A DNA stretch of 63,578 bases, counting the filler, from Intoshia linei (taxonomy: Eukaryota > Animalia > Orthonectida): assembly GCA_001642005.1 (NCBI GenBank). It is 5 parts of 5 records of this genome, joined end to end, with 100 filler letters (N's around TTAATTAATTAA, not from the genome) between each part and the next. Parts side by side here need not be neighbours in the genome. Positions count along the whole stretch, not along the records: positions 1 to 30,374 come from LWCA01000360.1; positions 30,475 to 47,707 come from LWCA01000809.1; 3 more parts are not named here. One strand, given 5' to 3'. The notes under the pieces are model-generated. The model was not told the origin of the DNA. It was given only the letters and a program-made list of their open reading frames with translations, and made no database searches. A program made the translations under genes and the position numbers. Positions within the stretch are counted from its first letter, which is position 1, and each line of letters begins with the position of its first letter. Shown one piece after another: positions 25,001 to 40,198 of this stretch.

Positions 25001-27757
25001 TAAAATATAAATAAAAATTTTATTAATTTGTATTCTTTAAATTAATATTAATGTAATTAATCGATTTAACTTGATAATAACATATACATGAAAATATCCG
25101 CATTTAACTGTAGTTTTATAAGTAAACTAAAAATATAATATTTGTCTAATTAAAAAAAACTAAATAATTTTAAAATTAATTATTTAAATTTAAGCGAAAC
25201 GATAACAAAAATTTAGGTCCCCTGTTTAGAAGACAGGGCATACTGTTGGTTGGAGACTTAAAGTCTTATTTCATTGAGTATTAATAAAAGCATTAAAAGA
25301 TAATATGTAGGTTTCTAGTAACTTTTCTTTTACAAAAACTTAATTAATGAACAAAGTTTACTTTTTCATTTGAAAATATACACCATGCAGTCACAAAAAA
25401 TTCTTGATAATTCTTCACAAATGTTGTTTTCTCACTTTTTTCTGAGAGAAATCAGATATGATATTATCAAAACTGATATCGTTTTCAATTGACATTATGG
25501 AGAGCGCATTCAAACGAGGTTAAGCTAATCAATTTCGAAGTTCATTTTTAATTATATAATAATATATACATATGTACTTTTATTAATTTGGGGGCCTTTT
25601 TAATGAGTCTCCCTGGGCTACAGCCCATATTGCCTATGCCTTAAAACGGATCCGTAGAGTTAGGATGGTGTTTGTGTGAATTACATAACAGTAAAGCTAG
25701 TTATCTATATATAACAGTCATCTATTGTATATGACTAAGATAGTTTTAACGATGATCTATTCGACTAAATACTATTAACTAAATAAATATTAAGAATGAA
25801 ATTTAAAAGCAGGGACCTTGGTAGTTTTTGGTGTAATATGCTTAATGTCTACCCAATTTTGACTGAGAAAGCGTTATTCTTTGTTACAACATGGATTTGT
25901 GAGACTGGATTTTTTACTAACAATAAATCAATAAATAACAAATCTGTATTAACAAAAAAAAAATAAATATAAGTAACTAGTTACCATTTAATTTATAATT
26001 ATAACAAAAATTCATTAATAATTCTATCCTTTTCAAAAAATATAAAAGAAAATAAACTTTTCATTTTCTGATTTTCTGTTTTTGGTAATTTTTTATATTT
26101 ATCTTCGATTACTAGATAAAATTCTTCACTTCTAAATTGAAATAATAAATTAATTTTCAATCATTCATTTGCGATTTTTTGGTATATGCTAAAAAGTTAG
26201 AAATATGGCACATGATACATATATTATCCTTATCAATTCAATTCATATAATAACACATTAATGTTAATTTCTGAATTTAACAAATTTCTGATGACTACAA
26301 GCAATTTTTATCGATCATTTAACTATTAACTAACATCAAACATTTAATTATTCATTATTCTCTAAAAAATTAACTCAGAAATTATTTTATATGCAAAATT
26401 TATGTAATAATTATATTAGAAATCACTTGTTTAAATATTGCATATGCTAAAAAAATTATCAATAACCAGTAGGAATCCTTGTCGATTTATCTAACTAAAT
26501 TTTATTTAAGATTTATTATCGATAAAAATATTTTATAGATAATCCGCAAAAATTGGGGGTCCGTCAAATTTAAACTTTAAGAACCATTGGTATAAAGCAC
26601 AAATATTTACTTCAAAATGTAATAGATAAAAACTATCATTATTCGTTAATTATACAGTCCTCTAAACAGTAATTTCAACTACACTAATTGCAGTTGGTTA
26701 ATATCCCATAAAAAATAAATAAACACCATTTTAACAATAATATCTCAAAAGCTGCAAATGTTTTAGTTAAGGTTTCACATCCAATTATTCATATATGAAT
26801 CATTCAAAATTTTCAAAATGATCCAATAGTTTATATAGGGTCTACCAAAAAAAAAATCGAAATAGTTAAATCCAACAATTTTTAATAAAAATACTCAATT
26901 CACCAACTCTTATTTGAAAAATCTAGTTTTACCAACCCTTTAGGCAAAAATCTAATGTTTTATTAAGGTTGGAAAAACGTTTGTAGGACGAACCACATTG
27001 CATAACATTAAATAAGGAAATATTATACGTGCCATTGCATTCATTTTTTTTAATTTCGTCTAGTAATTCAGATTCTAAATTTAACAGCTACAAATTATAG
27101 TAAAAATGTGTAGTACAGAGTTTGTACTATCCTGTTTGATATAATATATTATATCATATTTAATGACATATAAACATACAAAATGAGGTTATTTTTAAAT
27201 ATTTGTATGCACCATCTTAAAATAAATGTTATGAAATATGTATCTTATAAAATTCAAAGTCGTGGTGTCTGTAGTAGTCAGTCAAGCCCGGTCAGATAAA
27301 TAATTTTAAATTCAAACAAATCTAAAAATACCTAATATATGCGAAATGTATGCACTATCCTTGGAAGAATAATTTAAACTATAAAATGTATTCAAATAAA
27401 ATGTGGTTTTATCAGCATGATATGGCCAGTTCAATTGAGACATAACTATGAGAAGTTCCAAATTTTTTTGATTACACCAATTAGTACGAATTGATTCAAT
27501 CTAAATTGTTTTCACATAGTCCAATAATTAACAATATAAATCCTAAGATAACCAAAATGATTCATAAGGGGTTTCACCGGTTTTACTGAAATTCCCTGAA
27601 AACAATTGTATATTTTGTAGTTATTGAATCATGTTTTTTTTAAAAATGTACATTAATAAAGTTGATTTGACTGTAAAAATTGGTAATAGACAAATTATAA
27701 AAACATGAAACTATCCTAAATTGTAGTTATAAACCAAATTAAATTATTTGCATAATA

Positions 27758-28344
27758 CAGTAGTCTCTGCACAACTCGCCAATTTTGTATTTCGCCATAT
27801 GATTATTACTATAATATATAAATATTAAAAATTTATTCTATAAATCCCCATTAATTTAAAATATAAAACTAAAAATTTTATAACCATTTTTCAAAATTAG
27901 TTACGATTTTATGTACATAAGTTTTAAATCACTTTGAAATTTAAAATGCTTCCAAATCTCTAAAGAAAACTTAAAGATTAAATAAGACAGATGGATAATA
28001 CATTTATTTAAAAAATGGGAATCTGTATATTACGTTTACAAAAAAGTCTTTATATTCTATTTACTGATTAGTAAACTCAGTTTTTAATTTAAATATATTT
28101 TTTAGAAAATATTAAAATATAATCAGAAAATAATATAATATTAAAAAAATAATTATTTAATTTCAGTTGTAAAAATGAATTTTTTGATAAAATAAATTTT
28201 AATTTATATTAAACTTTACAATTTAAATTTTATTGTAATTTAGCCTTGGTTCAAAGGTTTTATCTACTGTTTCTATAGTTATATATTATCTATCTGGTCA
28301 ACGTTTCTAAATCCCAAGAATGGCGAGTTATAGAGAGCATACTG
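27758..28344. mobile_element. Tc1/pogo (Tigger-like) MITE with TA target duplication
   Basis: TIRs cagtagtctctgcacaactcgcca / tggcgagttatagagagcatactg, each flanked by TA. Related TIRs at ~14156 and ~44985-45008. Confidence 0.75.
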
Positions 28345-28399
28345 TATATAGTAAATATACAATAACAGTATTACTTGATATTATTAGTTAATAATCAAT

Positions 28400-30240
28400 T
28401 ACGTCAAATCAAAAATTAAAACCTCGATAATATTGAACAAAATTAAGTAAGCTACAATGACATACGAATATTGAGTATTTTCGACAAAAAGAACATGATC
28501 ATTAAAAAAGAATATATCTTTAGAATCATTTTTAGACATGACAAGGTTTAATCTTTTAATACTTCGAACGTCACTAAAAACATTGTAGCATAACTCGATC
28601 ATACTCTAATAAAAAATGATTATAAAAATATGAAGTATAAAAATTTACACTATATTCAACATTTCCAACATAGCATAATTTTGAAAGAGTGACAACTTTC
28701 TACAATGAAATTAAAAAATATTCGGGGTTCATTTATATGAATCACCTTTTCAATCGTATCATTTTCATAGAACGCATCATAATTTTTCTAAAAATGTAAA
28801 CCTTGAAAATAAAAACATACCAACATCATGTTGATATTAGAAGTTAAATTTGATCCCAATGAACTGAAAACTAACCCAACACCATTCATTACAGCATTAA
28901 AACCTAAAAATAGAATGAATACAATACATTCAACTGAACAATTATTTTCGCCGCATATTCCGCATATTTTTTTAATTTGAGTTAAATTTTGAATTATTGA
29001 TTTTCCAAGTTCAATATTAGAATTTTCTCGACTAGAACTAAAAAAATATTTAAAGTAAATAAACGTGATGTAATTACTATATACTAATTCTATCAATTTT
29101 TTGATTGATTGGGCACAACATTAACCACGGAAATGCTAAAATAAAAAAAAAGTTGATAATTGAAAAATTGAGTACTTAAATGATTATTCTTGAATCGTGA
29201 AAAACTTTTAATATGTTTAACAAACTGTTTAATAAAAAGAATAAAATAAATATATTCATAAATTCGTTTATCCACATTAGAATCAATGATAATATTATCA
29301 CTAAATTTAAAAGTTAATATAAAATAAATAGAAATGCAACATGTTACACATTTGAAAATATTCATATTCTTCTGCAGAGACATTGTAAATTTTCATAACG
29401 ATTTTAATTATTTTAAAAATTTCATTTAAGAAGACAACGTAATCATCTATAATATATATATATATATATAGATCACAAGCTGTCACAATCTATCGGTAAA
29501 TTATGATATTTACTCAGAATGGTACAAAATATATGCTAAAAATATTAACACTACAGCACAAATAATATTAATTACAAGTACAATTAAATTTAAGGTAATA
29601 CCATTTTCAATAATTTTAATGGTTAATCTACTCAACGTTTGATTAGTAAATTTCAACAATATAGATAAATTTTCTTGTTGAAATTGTGATAAATGTGAAT
29701 CCTGATATTTGACAAGCTTGATAATTATTTGATCCACTAAATAATCATGTTAATATGCTAAGCAAAGATTTACACAGAATATTGATTGTATCTTTGATAT
29801 CATTGTCAGATAAAATATATGCTTTTAAAAATTCATACTAAAAATAAAAATAAACAAACTTCAACGTAAAACAATTTACCACAATATCAACAACATTTGT
29901 TGTATTTATAGAAGAATCCAGTAAAATATTCAACAATGGAAAAACATTAATTCCCAATTGACAATAAAATTGAAACAGTTTAATAAGGGTATCGAAATTT
30001 AAATAGCAAATAAAATTTTCTAAATATAAATATAAATAAAATATTTGAAACTCACCAATGTTTTTGTCAAGTGATACATTCGTAGAAATTTTTATTAACT
30101 CTAAAATTTAGTATAATAATATAAGTGTTGCAACAATCAACAAATATTGTTTAAATCCTTACTTATGTGTGTTTTATCGTTAGAATTTCAATAACTACCA
30201 GTATTATAATTATATAAAGTCCACATTTCTATTACAGTTT
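28400..30240 (-). pseudogene. Fragmentary exons of membrane-receptor-like gene(s), possibly VPS10-related
   Basis: CGICGENNCS..GVGLVFSSLGSNLTSN resembles a VPS10 propeller segment. TM-like LIVLVINIICAVVLIFLAYILY at 29510-29600. No continuous frame found. Confidence 0.3.
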
Positions 30241-30374
30241 TTTCCGGGTGTTAGTAAGATAAATTTCAAACTCCCAAACTCACATCTTATGTGTCAAAAA
30301 GCCAAAATTTTTTGAAAATCAAAAAATATATTGGAGCAATAATTTAAAATATTTCAACAAAGTTATTATTAAAG

Positions 30375-30474
30375 NNNNNNNNNNNNNNNNNNNNNNNNNN
30401 NNNNNNNNNNNNNNNNNNTTAATTAATTAANNNNNNNNNNNNNNNNNNNNNNNNNNNNNNNNNNNNNNNNNNNN
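30375..30474. other. Artificial contig spacer (N44-TTAATTAATTAA-N44)
   Basis: Identical 100-nt structure occurs four times. The 12-mer gives stops in all six frames. Confidence 0.97.
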
Positions 30475-30757
30475 GGCGGCGGCGGCGGTAAATATTAATC
30501 GATTTAATTTTTTTTATATAAATGCTTAAAATCAAAAAAGGCCTCCACGTGCAAAATAAGTTTTTCTAATAAAAAAAGTGGCACCCTATTGCGGGGATTC
30601 TCAACCTGGGCGATGTCGCTCATTTTGGGCGATTTATTTTCAGAGTGAACATATTTTAAAATTGATATTTTAATAAATAGACAGACATTTCGCTGCGGTA
30701 TTACCAATTCGCAAATCAAAATTATCACAAGAGTTCATCTTTTGTTTACAGCAATTT

Positions 30758-31033
30758 ATGCAAAATACCAAGCCAATTTGTTCAAAATGCCGTACAAGAA
30801 AAAAACATTCAGTTTTTCTTAAAGAAATGAATCAAATAAGTTCATACGCCAAAAACTTTTCAAAACGTCAGGCATCATATGCAAAACATTCTGACAGTAA
30901 TAATGAAGAATTTACATTTCCAGCAAATTACAACAATTTTCATATATATGCTGACGTGAAATTACTTAGACGGTTCAACAGTGCTACAGACACCGATTTA
31001 AAGTTGAAAATGCTCAGAATAGTCTGCAACTAA
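30758..31033 (+). CDS. Hypothetical 91-aa ORF
   Basis: ATG-started ORF with protein-like composition; no recognised motif. Confidence 0.3.
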   Translation: MQNTKPICSKCRTRKKHSVFLKEMNQISSYAKNFSKRQASYAKHSDSNNEEFTFPANYNNFHIYADVKLLRRFNSATDTDLKLKMLRIVCN

Positions 31034-33229
31034 TAAAGGAACCGATGATAAATTGTTTAGTAAAATAAAAAATATAATTTTTTTCATTTAACGATAGTTC
31101 AAAAAAGATTGAGAATCCCTACCCTAATGTATTAGTATTGATACAAGTTTATATATTACAGATACTATATTGAGTAAAACTGATAAAGTTAAATCCTTGA
31201 GTGATTCAGATTGAGTATAAAGAATTACTTGCAAGATAGTTTCTAAAAATTTCTAAAAAATATATCTTTACATAAATCCATATACCTCAAATTTTTTCAA
31301 ATTTTTCAATCGATCCAATATGATAAACAAGTAAACAACATCGGATTTTATAGATTCGTTAATAAGTAAAATTGTCAACTAAATTTAAATTTATGTTAAA
31401 AATTAGAATTTTTTAATACATTTTAAAATCTTGGCATAATAGATATATAAAACCTTAACCGATTTACAACAAAAAACTTTCCTGCAAATTTTTTCAATAT
31501 TTAATTATAATCATAATTTTTTAAATTACATAATTATGTATTATTATTCTATGTTTTTCTAATATAATTTATACCTTTTGAACGTTTTCTAATTGAGTAT
31601 CAGTAAAATTATCTCGATCAGATAAGATTCGTATGTAATTTTTTAATATGCCAATAACAACATTCTATTTGACTAAGATGTACAGTGAATCAATGAAATA
31701 TGTGAATTTTTCAATTCACTGACATAATTGCAACAGCCATAATCATAGTGTTTTAAAACCAGTACTAATTTTTATTAAAAAGATTACATATATATAAAAA
31801 GTATATCAAAAACTTATTAACGTGTTACATATAATAAAAATGTTACACAAAAACCCCTTAAATGGAAAGAGATTATGCCTGTTACAAACATGATCATGCC
31901 AATTGGCCATGTCTATATTACGATATTATTATTTTGATTTTTCATATTTTCGAAATGGTACTTCAATATTGGAGTAATTGCAGATATTTTAATCTATTAA
32001 AAGTCACTAAAATATTCAAATATTATACCTTTAAATTAAAAAAAGCATCCCAAAAATCATCATTATCTTCGAAGCAATTGTATTCCTACAATTTTTATAA
32101 AGGGTTATTTCAATTATTATAATTATTTTACTGTATCAGGTTACCTAATTGATATACCAGGTGTGGCAGAAAAGTTAAACTAAGAAATAAATAAATTAAC
32201 ATACATCCCGTAGTAATAATGGTAATTAAGAAACTACCAAGGTTTTTTCAATTGTTCATGAAACGGAGGCTACTTAAATTCCTGATAGTTATTAACATGT
32301 AAATCAGTTTTTTCTGTTTTATATTTTGTCGGGATATCTGATGTTATTAGTAATTACTAAATATACTATTGAATAAAAAGTTTTTACAATTATCTAATTA
32401 TCTTAATACATCGCTGACACTAAATGTGTGACAAAACAGTCAACCCCTTGTAATGTCCGCCAAAATAATTCTCTAAAAAAAGGCTATGTGGATTTAAGAG
32501 TATAAGATAAAACTTACTACTAAACATAATAATACAAAATATTTAATCAACATTACAGTATTTTAATAATTATTAATTTATTATTAATTACTTTAAAAAC
32601 AGCGTTGTAAACTGTGATCGACGTATCTTTTTTGGTTGACATGTAGTTTAAATTAAATCATGAATACATGTATTTCTTTGGTTTCAAAATTTTTAGATGC
32701 ACAAATAAATTTTATCACCAATCACAATTAATTATATATTTTACATTTATATTTGCAGCTGTAATAAACCTGTTTATACTAAACTGGTATATTTAATCAC
32801 TGTTTATTTGTACAATTACTTTCACTCTTAAAGTGTATTTTCATATTAAATTCTGATAAACCCTCTTTATATCTTAATCAATATTACAGCAGCATAAATG
32901 TGAATTTAAATTAACGTAATGTAAGTTGATTATTGTCAATTAATCTGATTAATGTAAAACATTTATCACAGTCAAGATCAGTAACTGAAATTTTTATCTT
33001 GGGTTCAGTTCTTTCAAAAGAATGCTAGAAATCGTCAAATATTTATGATTGACAAGATTATCAGATAATGGTATAAAATTTTATTAGGATTTTCAATCAT
33101 GAAATATGACAAGTAATATATAAATTTTTTGGAAAGTTTTCATTATTAATAAAGTTAAATTGAAATCATTTAAATTTAAATTCTAATTTTTTTTAAAATA
33201 AATGCATAAATATTAGTTTTAGAACTGAT

Positions 33230-34594
<1,365 letters not shown>

Positions 34595-36688
34595 ATATTT
34601 ATGATTTGTTTTCTACTCTTCATGTCCCGACTAGAATTGATAGTTATGTGCTTCGTATAAGCAGCAGCTAGCTCTGCGAGACCGACTTTTTAATTTATTG
34701 AAAAATGAGTATGATTTTAAATAACACTTAAATTATAGTGATTCAATCTTCCCCCAAAAAGATGAATCACTGAAAAAATAAAATGTTTAATATATCTACA
34801 ATGTACATTGTACATATTATGTAGTACACTTCTTCATCCGAAATGTATGATAGAAAAAAAAACTGTTTTCTAAACTTATTTCATCATGGACCGCTCAAAT
34901 TCCATATATATAGAATTATTCACATTAAAATTAATATTTTTTAATTTTTTGTGTTGTAAAGGGAGATTTTTATCGCAAGTTTGGGATTCACTGAGATAAA
35001 CAGTGACACAGTAGTAAATATATAAAATTCATTAATATTAAACATCGGCTTGGGAAATATCTCATAATCAGTTGAATTAAAAAAAATTGGTTAATTAATA
35101 ATTATAACAACTTTACTCAATAAATATTGAGTAAATTTTTAAATAAATATTATAAGACGTAGTAGAAAAATTTTTCAATGGGCGTTCAAAAAATTTGCTA
35201 AAAAGGGGGCGGTAGATCAAATGCGTTTGGGAACCCCTGCATTAGACATTAATGATTAGATACTTATCAAATAATTTAATTGATAATACATTTGACTAAT
35301 AATCATTAATTCTGCCTTATTTCTATAAAGAAGTCTAACTTTTGCATTTGTCACAATAAACCATTCCCAGAAAAACTAATTACAATATCTTTACTTCTTC
35401 TAATCGATTACTATAATAAGCCGCATCAGATAATCAACTACCCTACCTTGTTACTACAGGTCGAGGAGAATAGCTAATAGCTAATAATATATTTACAAAT
35501 ATATTTCTACTCGATCTATTTTTTATTGTAGCGTCCTTGATGTATATGACAAGACGGCCAACCTTGAAGAAATATATTGGGAAAATTGGGTTTTTGACCC
35601 TGAAGGACTCAATTTCGGAAAATCAAACATAGATATAGACATCATCTGCGAATAACTATTATAAATTTGGTATTTTAATTCTAAGGCTGTTATTGTTTTC
35701 CACAATAGGTAACGCACATATAGAGATTCAATTTTACCTAAGTAAAGGATTCTTAAGATGAAACACATTAATTATAGTTTAAAATTTAAACTATAATATT
35801 AATTAAACTTTAATTAGTATTATATTTTAATTATCATATAATCCGAGTTATGTAGGTGTTTAGATAAATATGTTATAAGTTAACAGTATCGATAGTGTTA
35901 TACATTACATTAAAACATAAATACGTGTATAATATATATAATAATTTTTTATATACACTGTATATACGCTAATGGGATTATTGTCTATTTATAATTAGGA
36001 AGGAAGTAAAGAGTGTTAACCAACTAACATATATAAAAATAATTAAAGATAAAATTATTAAAAATAACTATTTCTATAAAGTTTAATCAAAATATTTCAT
36101 TTATATAAAATTTTTATTATTTACTTGGAATTGTACACGCAGCCACCTCGAAAGCATTTGTAACCTTTTAATCATAATGTTTCAATTTTGATCATAACAT
36201 TAACTTTTAATCAAATAAAATAGAAATTATAAAGGAGAATATATCAAATTAAATAATTTGACTAATAATAATTAATTTCCGAAAAATATACATTTGCAAA
36301 AGTATACATAAAACTGTTAAAAGTTAATATTTATTTAGCGCTTAATTATTATTTCAGATAATTGCAGAATTAAGTTGATATCCGGATTGTTGAAAATTAG
36401 AATAAAAAATTGTATCTAATTTAAAAATATTAGAACATTATACCTGGATAGTATTCAGTTTACACTATAGAATAATTACACAGGAAATGTTTTGTATTTA
36501 TTTATTCATTTATAATCTCATTTAATTGTGGTGACTGTAATTGGAACATTATATTTAATGTTTAATTATTTATTGAAGGCTTAATTCTATAATTACTATA
36601 CATTGTAATGTGAAAAAAATAATAAATGACAACGGAAAAAAAAAATAGAGAAGATTCAGGTTATTAATTCAAAATTGCTTTAATTAGT

Positions 36689-37288
36689 ATGAACTTAGAA
36701 TTAACCAATTCATTTAAATTACGTAAATATATCAAAAAAACATCGGATGAATCAAAACGTGAAGTTCCAACTAGTAACGATAAAACAAAGAAAAAAAAAA
36801 GAATAATGATTCATCGTTTCGTACAAACTGAGATTAAATCTATACAATCTGATGGTGAACTTTTTGAAAATTATCATCAATTTCATAAAAGAATGGATAG
36901 TTTCAATACTCAAAATAAAATTAAAGTCATAGGCAGTCAGAAAAAAATTGCAAATAATAATTCAGATAAAGATAAATCAACAATAAAAGATGACAACCCT
37001 ACAAAAATTTTGAAACCAAAAAAACGGATAAGTAATAAAATTCAAATTCAAAGGTCCGTTTATTTATATGAAGTCAACAAGGTGCTGATGCAGGAGCTTC
37101 ATTGTTTTAAGAGACAAATTTTATATAATATTTACAACAAATCTCTACAAGAAATTACAATAGTTAAAAAACATAAATGTTACATTCGGAAAAAAATGAA
37201 AAATTTATTATTTGAATATCAAAAACCAAGTCGCGACATATGTTCAACATCTCAATGGATTAATTATTTGGAAAGTAAAATGTTATAA
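36689..37288 (+). CDS. Hypothetical Lys-rich protein (199 aa; possible short upstream exon at 36626)
   Basis: 600-nt ORF in very AT-rich DNA with basic NLS-like runs; no family recognised. Confidence 0.55.
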   Translation: MNLELTNSFKLRKYIKKTSDESKREVPTSNDKTKKKKRIMIHRFVQTEIKSIQSDGELFENYHQFHKRMDSFNTQNKIKVIGSQKKIANNNSDKDKSTIKDDNPTKILKPKKRISNKIQIQRSVYLYEVNKVLMQELHCFKRQILYNIYNKSLQEITIVKKHKCYIRKKMKNLLFEYQKPSRDICSTSQWINYLESKML

Positions 37289-39269
37289 AATTTATATTTT
37301 AAATGGACAATTTCCATTGGACATGGTTAATTTTCTAAGCTTAAGGCTCCCAAAATTAAAAATATAGTCCAATTTTGTAAAATTTGTTCAAAATTTTAAA
37401 TACACGGATGCATCATTTTTTTATATATAAATTATAGCTAAAATTCAGAATTTTCCAATTCTTTTGCATCAATAAAATTTCCCTTTAAGATTTTTTACTA
37501 ACTTTAATAACAGAGTGCAGATTCCGTAGTGAAAAGTTTGGTAATCGCTACTTTATACAATTTGCAGCAAGTGACTATAATTTTCAGAGTATTTTAAATT
37601 TAAATTGTCTTCAAAATGTGCTTTCTCGATGCAGTACAATGTATAGAACCCGTATAGACCTTATCGAAATATACACATTTAAAAATTTTATTTATTTATT
37701 TTTTTAATTTTATCTTATTGCTTTAAATTCAATCTATGCTTCTATTATGATATTACAATAATATTTCGTAAATTATCTATATTTATAAATTTTCGTCCTT
37801 TTTTATTTTGAAGAAATATTTAAATATAAGGGTTAATTATGACAATAAATAAATAATAAAAATGCTTTTAAACTTAATGCTACAGTTTGACTTTGACAGT
37901 ATTTCTCTTAATTTAATACTCGCAGCGTCCATTTTTGGACGTTTTTTATCAATGAAAAAATGATTCAAATGACGTGTCGATTTTTCCTTGAGGTTTCGAA
38001 ATGATATTTTTTATTAAATTTTACTAAATTTTATTAATGCTGGGATACAAATGGGAATTTTTAAATAATAATGTAGCGATCGTTTAAGCTTTGACATAAA
38101 TTCCCAACATCTGGCAATTCTGTAATAAATATTAAAAATTCTCCCATAAAAATATTCAAAACTTATAAATTTTTTTGTTTTATTTGAATCTCACGGACAC
38201 ATGGCATATGGTTTTGAATCCCAGGAGTCAAAAAACCAAATCGGGAACCACTGGTCTAAAATAATGTTTTATTTAAATGTTTGACAGAAAAATTTTTATT
38301 ATATTATTTTTCTTCATTTCAACACAGGCGGTTCCGTTTATAATTGGAATTGGAAAAAAAATATATAAAAGCATTATTATATTTTTTTCAGTGTCACCCT
38401 TTAAAACATTTTATGCGAAAAATTAGTTTGTAGTTGTTTGAATATGCTGAATAGTATTAAGTGAATAATATACTATTCAATAGATAAAGCATAGCCGAAT
38501 CTACCCATATCGAGGCACCCGAAAATAAAAAATATACTCTAAAAAATTATATCTAGTCTTGACAAAAAAAATCTTTAAATTTAAAATTTTGAATTGAACA
38601 CTGAAAATACAATTTTTTGAATGCTCAGTTTTGAAAAATAATGCCCCCATTTTATATTAATTTCACTGAGGCCCTGAAGAAGGTTTCTGCTACGGTAGTT
38701 TCGGCTCTGAAGGAACTATTGAAAGTATTAGAAAGAATTAATTTTGTATCAGATAAAATTGATAAATTTAAGAGCCCTATCCACACGTCAATTTTTTTAA
38801 TTTTGGTATATTTTTGATGGAATCATTTATGATATCCAAGCTTAATACCTTAAATTTTTTATTTTTATTAAATAAAAGCTATCAATATCTCAATTATTAA
38901 TTAAAAATATTACCAAATATACATAAATTTAATATTGAAATATTTATAATTAGACCTATTATTACAAGTTTCAGGAGAATATAAAATATACAGAGCTAAC
39001 CAGGTATAAAAAATACCAAAATATTATTGTAATAATAAATTTAGGCAAAATCAGTAAGATATAAAATGTTTTAAATTAAAACCGTTCATGTAAAAATAAA
39101 TATTTTGCAAAATTGTATTTATTTTTGATGAATAAAATAGGCCTAGATTAATGTACCTGTTTTATTTAATTTATTTTGAATAGTTATACTGATTTGAAGC
39201 CAAACTGACAGAATGAAATTGTATTGTTTAGCGGAATAATATAGGCAAAATTTAACACTTGTACGACAT

Positions 39270-39286
39270 TGGCGCCAGAGTGTCTG
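39270..39286 (+). promoter_or_regulatory. Putative BMP-responsive element (Smad1/5 GC box + Smad4 SBE, 5-nt spacer)
   Basis: TGGCGCC-agagt-GTCTG exactly fits GRCGNC-N5-GTCT(G), ~550 nt upstream of an Id-family ATG. Confidence 0.7.
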
Positions 39287-39825
39287 ATTTTATTTTTTAT
39301 AAATATTAATATATATTTTGAGATTTGTTATTGCCTCAAGGTCGGAATTTGAAATAATTTTATCGTTTGAAAATAAAAACTAAAAATAGGTTCCAGAATT
39401 AGAATTAATGATTTATTTGTTTGAGAAAATACGTTTTTGTTAATGTAACTTCACAATGATCAATAATCATAAATTAAAAAAACATTAACACATTTCTAAT
39501 ACCGTGTGAATGAGAATTTGTCAAATATGTTGAGCATGTTGAATGAAAATTTAATTGACAACTTTTATTTTTTGAAATTAAATACATATATTGTACTACA
39601 CGCATGACGTGTGTATTGAAATTTACTTGTATGCAATTTGAAAAAAATGTTAATTGTTTTTATATAACTTACGACTCAGTAATGCTTTGTAGAATACTCC
39701 GCCCACTGAAATAATGGATACTGTATTTGCTAGTAAATTTGTATATTGTCATTTGCAAAATATTAAAATTATTGAATACTATTAGTACAAAATTGTATAG
39801 AATTTTTACATTAATTTAATTCAAT

Positions 39826-40198
39826 ATGCATGCAAGTATGAATCAAGAAACTGAATTTTTTCAAGAAATGGTGAAAACACTTGTAGAAAACGATGAAGAT
39901 GCCGTAGAAGTACAAAAGTGTATAGATCAATTAAGAAAACTTGTGCCTGCATTACACATTTCAAACAATAATCCAAATTTAAGCAAACATTTATCATGTC
40001 ATTTAACACCAGAAACATTTTTGGATTGTGTTATAAAGTATATTAATGAACTAGAAACTGAAATAAATAATAACCAATCCAAACCATCCGACCCAAAATC
40101 TCATAGTAAATTTACATTTTTTTTTATAAAATATATTATTTTTAATTAATTTTTTAGATATCCCTGAAATATCAAGTACATCTTTCAGTCATTCTTGA
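39826..40198 (+). CDS. emc/ID: Inhibitor of DNA binding / extramacrochaetae-type HLH protein; exons 39826-40105 and 40158-40198
   Basis: HLH VQKCIDQLRKLVPAL-loop-LTPETFLDCVIKYINELETEI, preceded by acidic ENDEDAVE instead of a basic region; small two-exon gene. Confidence 0.8.

Noticed and set aside
30419-30430. Palindromic TTAATTAATTAA repeated four times as a biological site
   Set aside because: Always centred in 44+44 Ns; it is an assembly linker with six-frame stops.
35300-35768. Coding-like stretch, ORF 35523-35768
   Set aside because: Several partial frames on both strands with stops; no family recognised.
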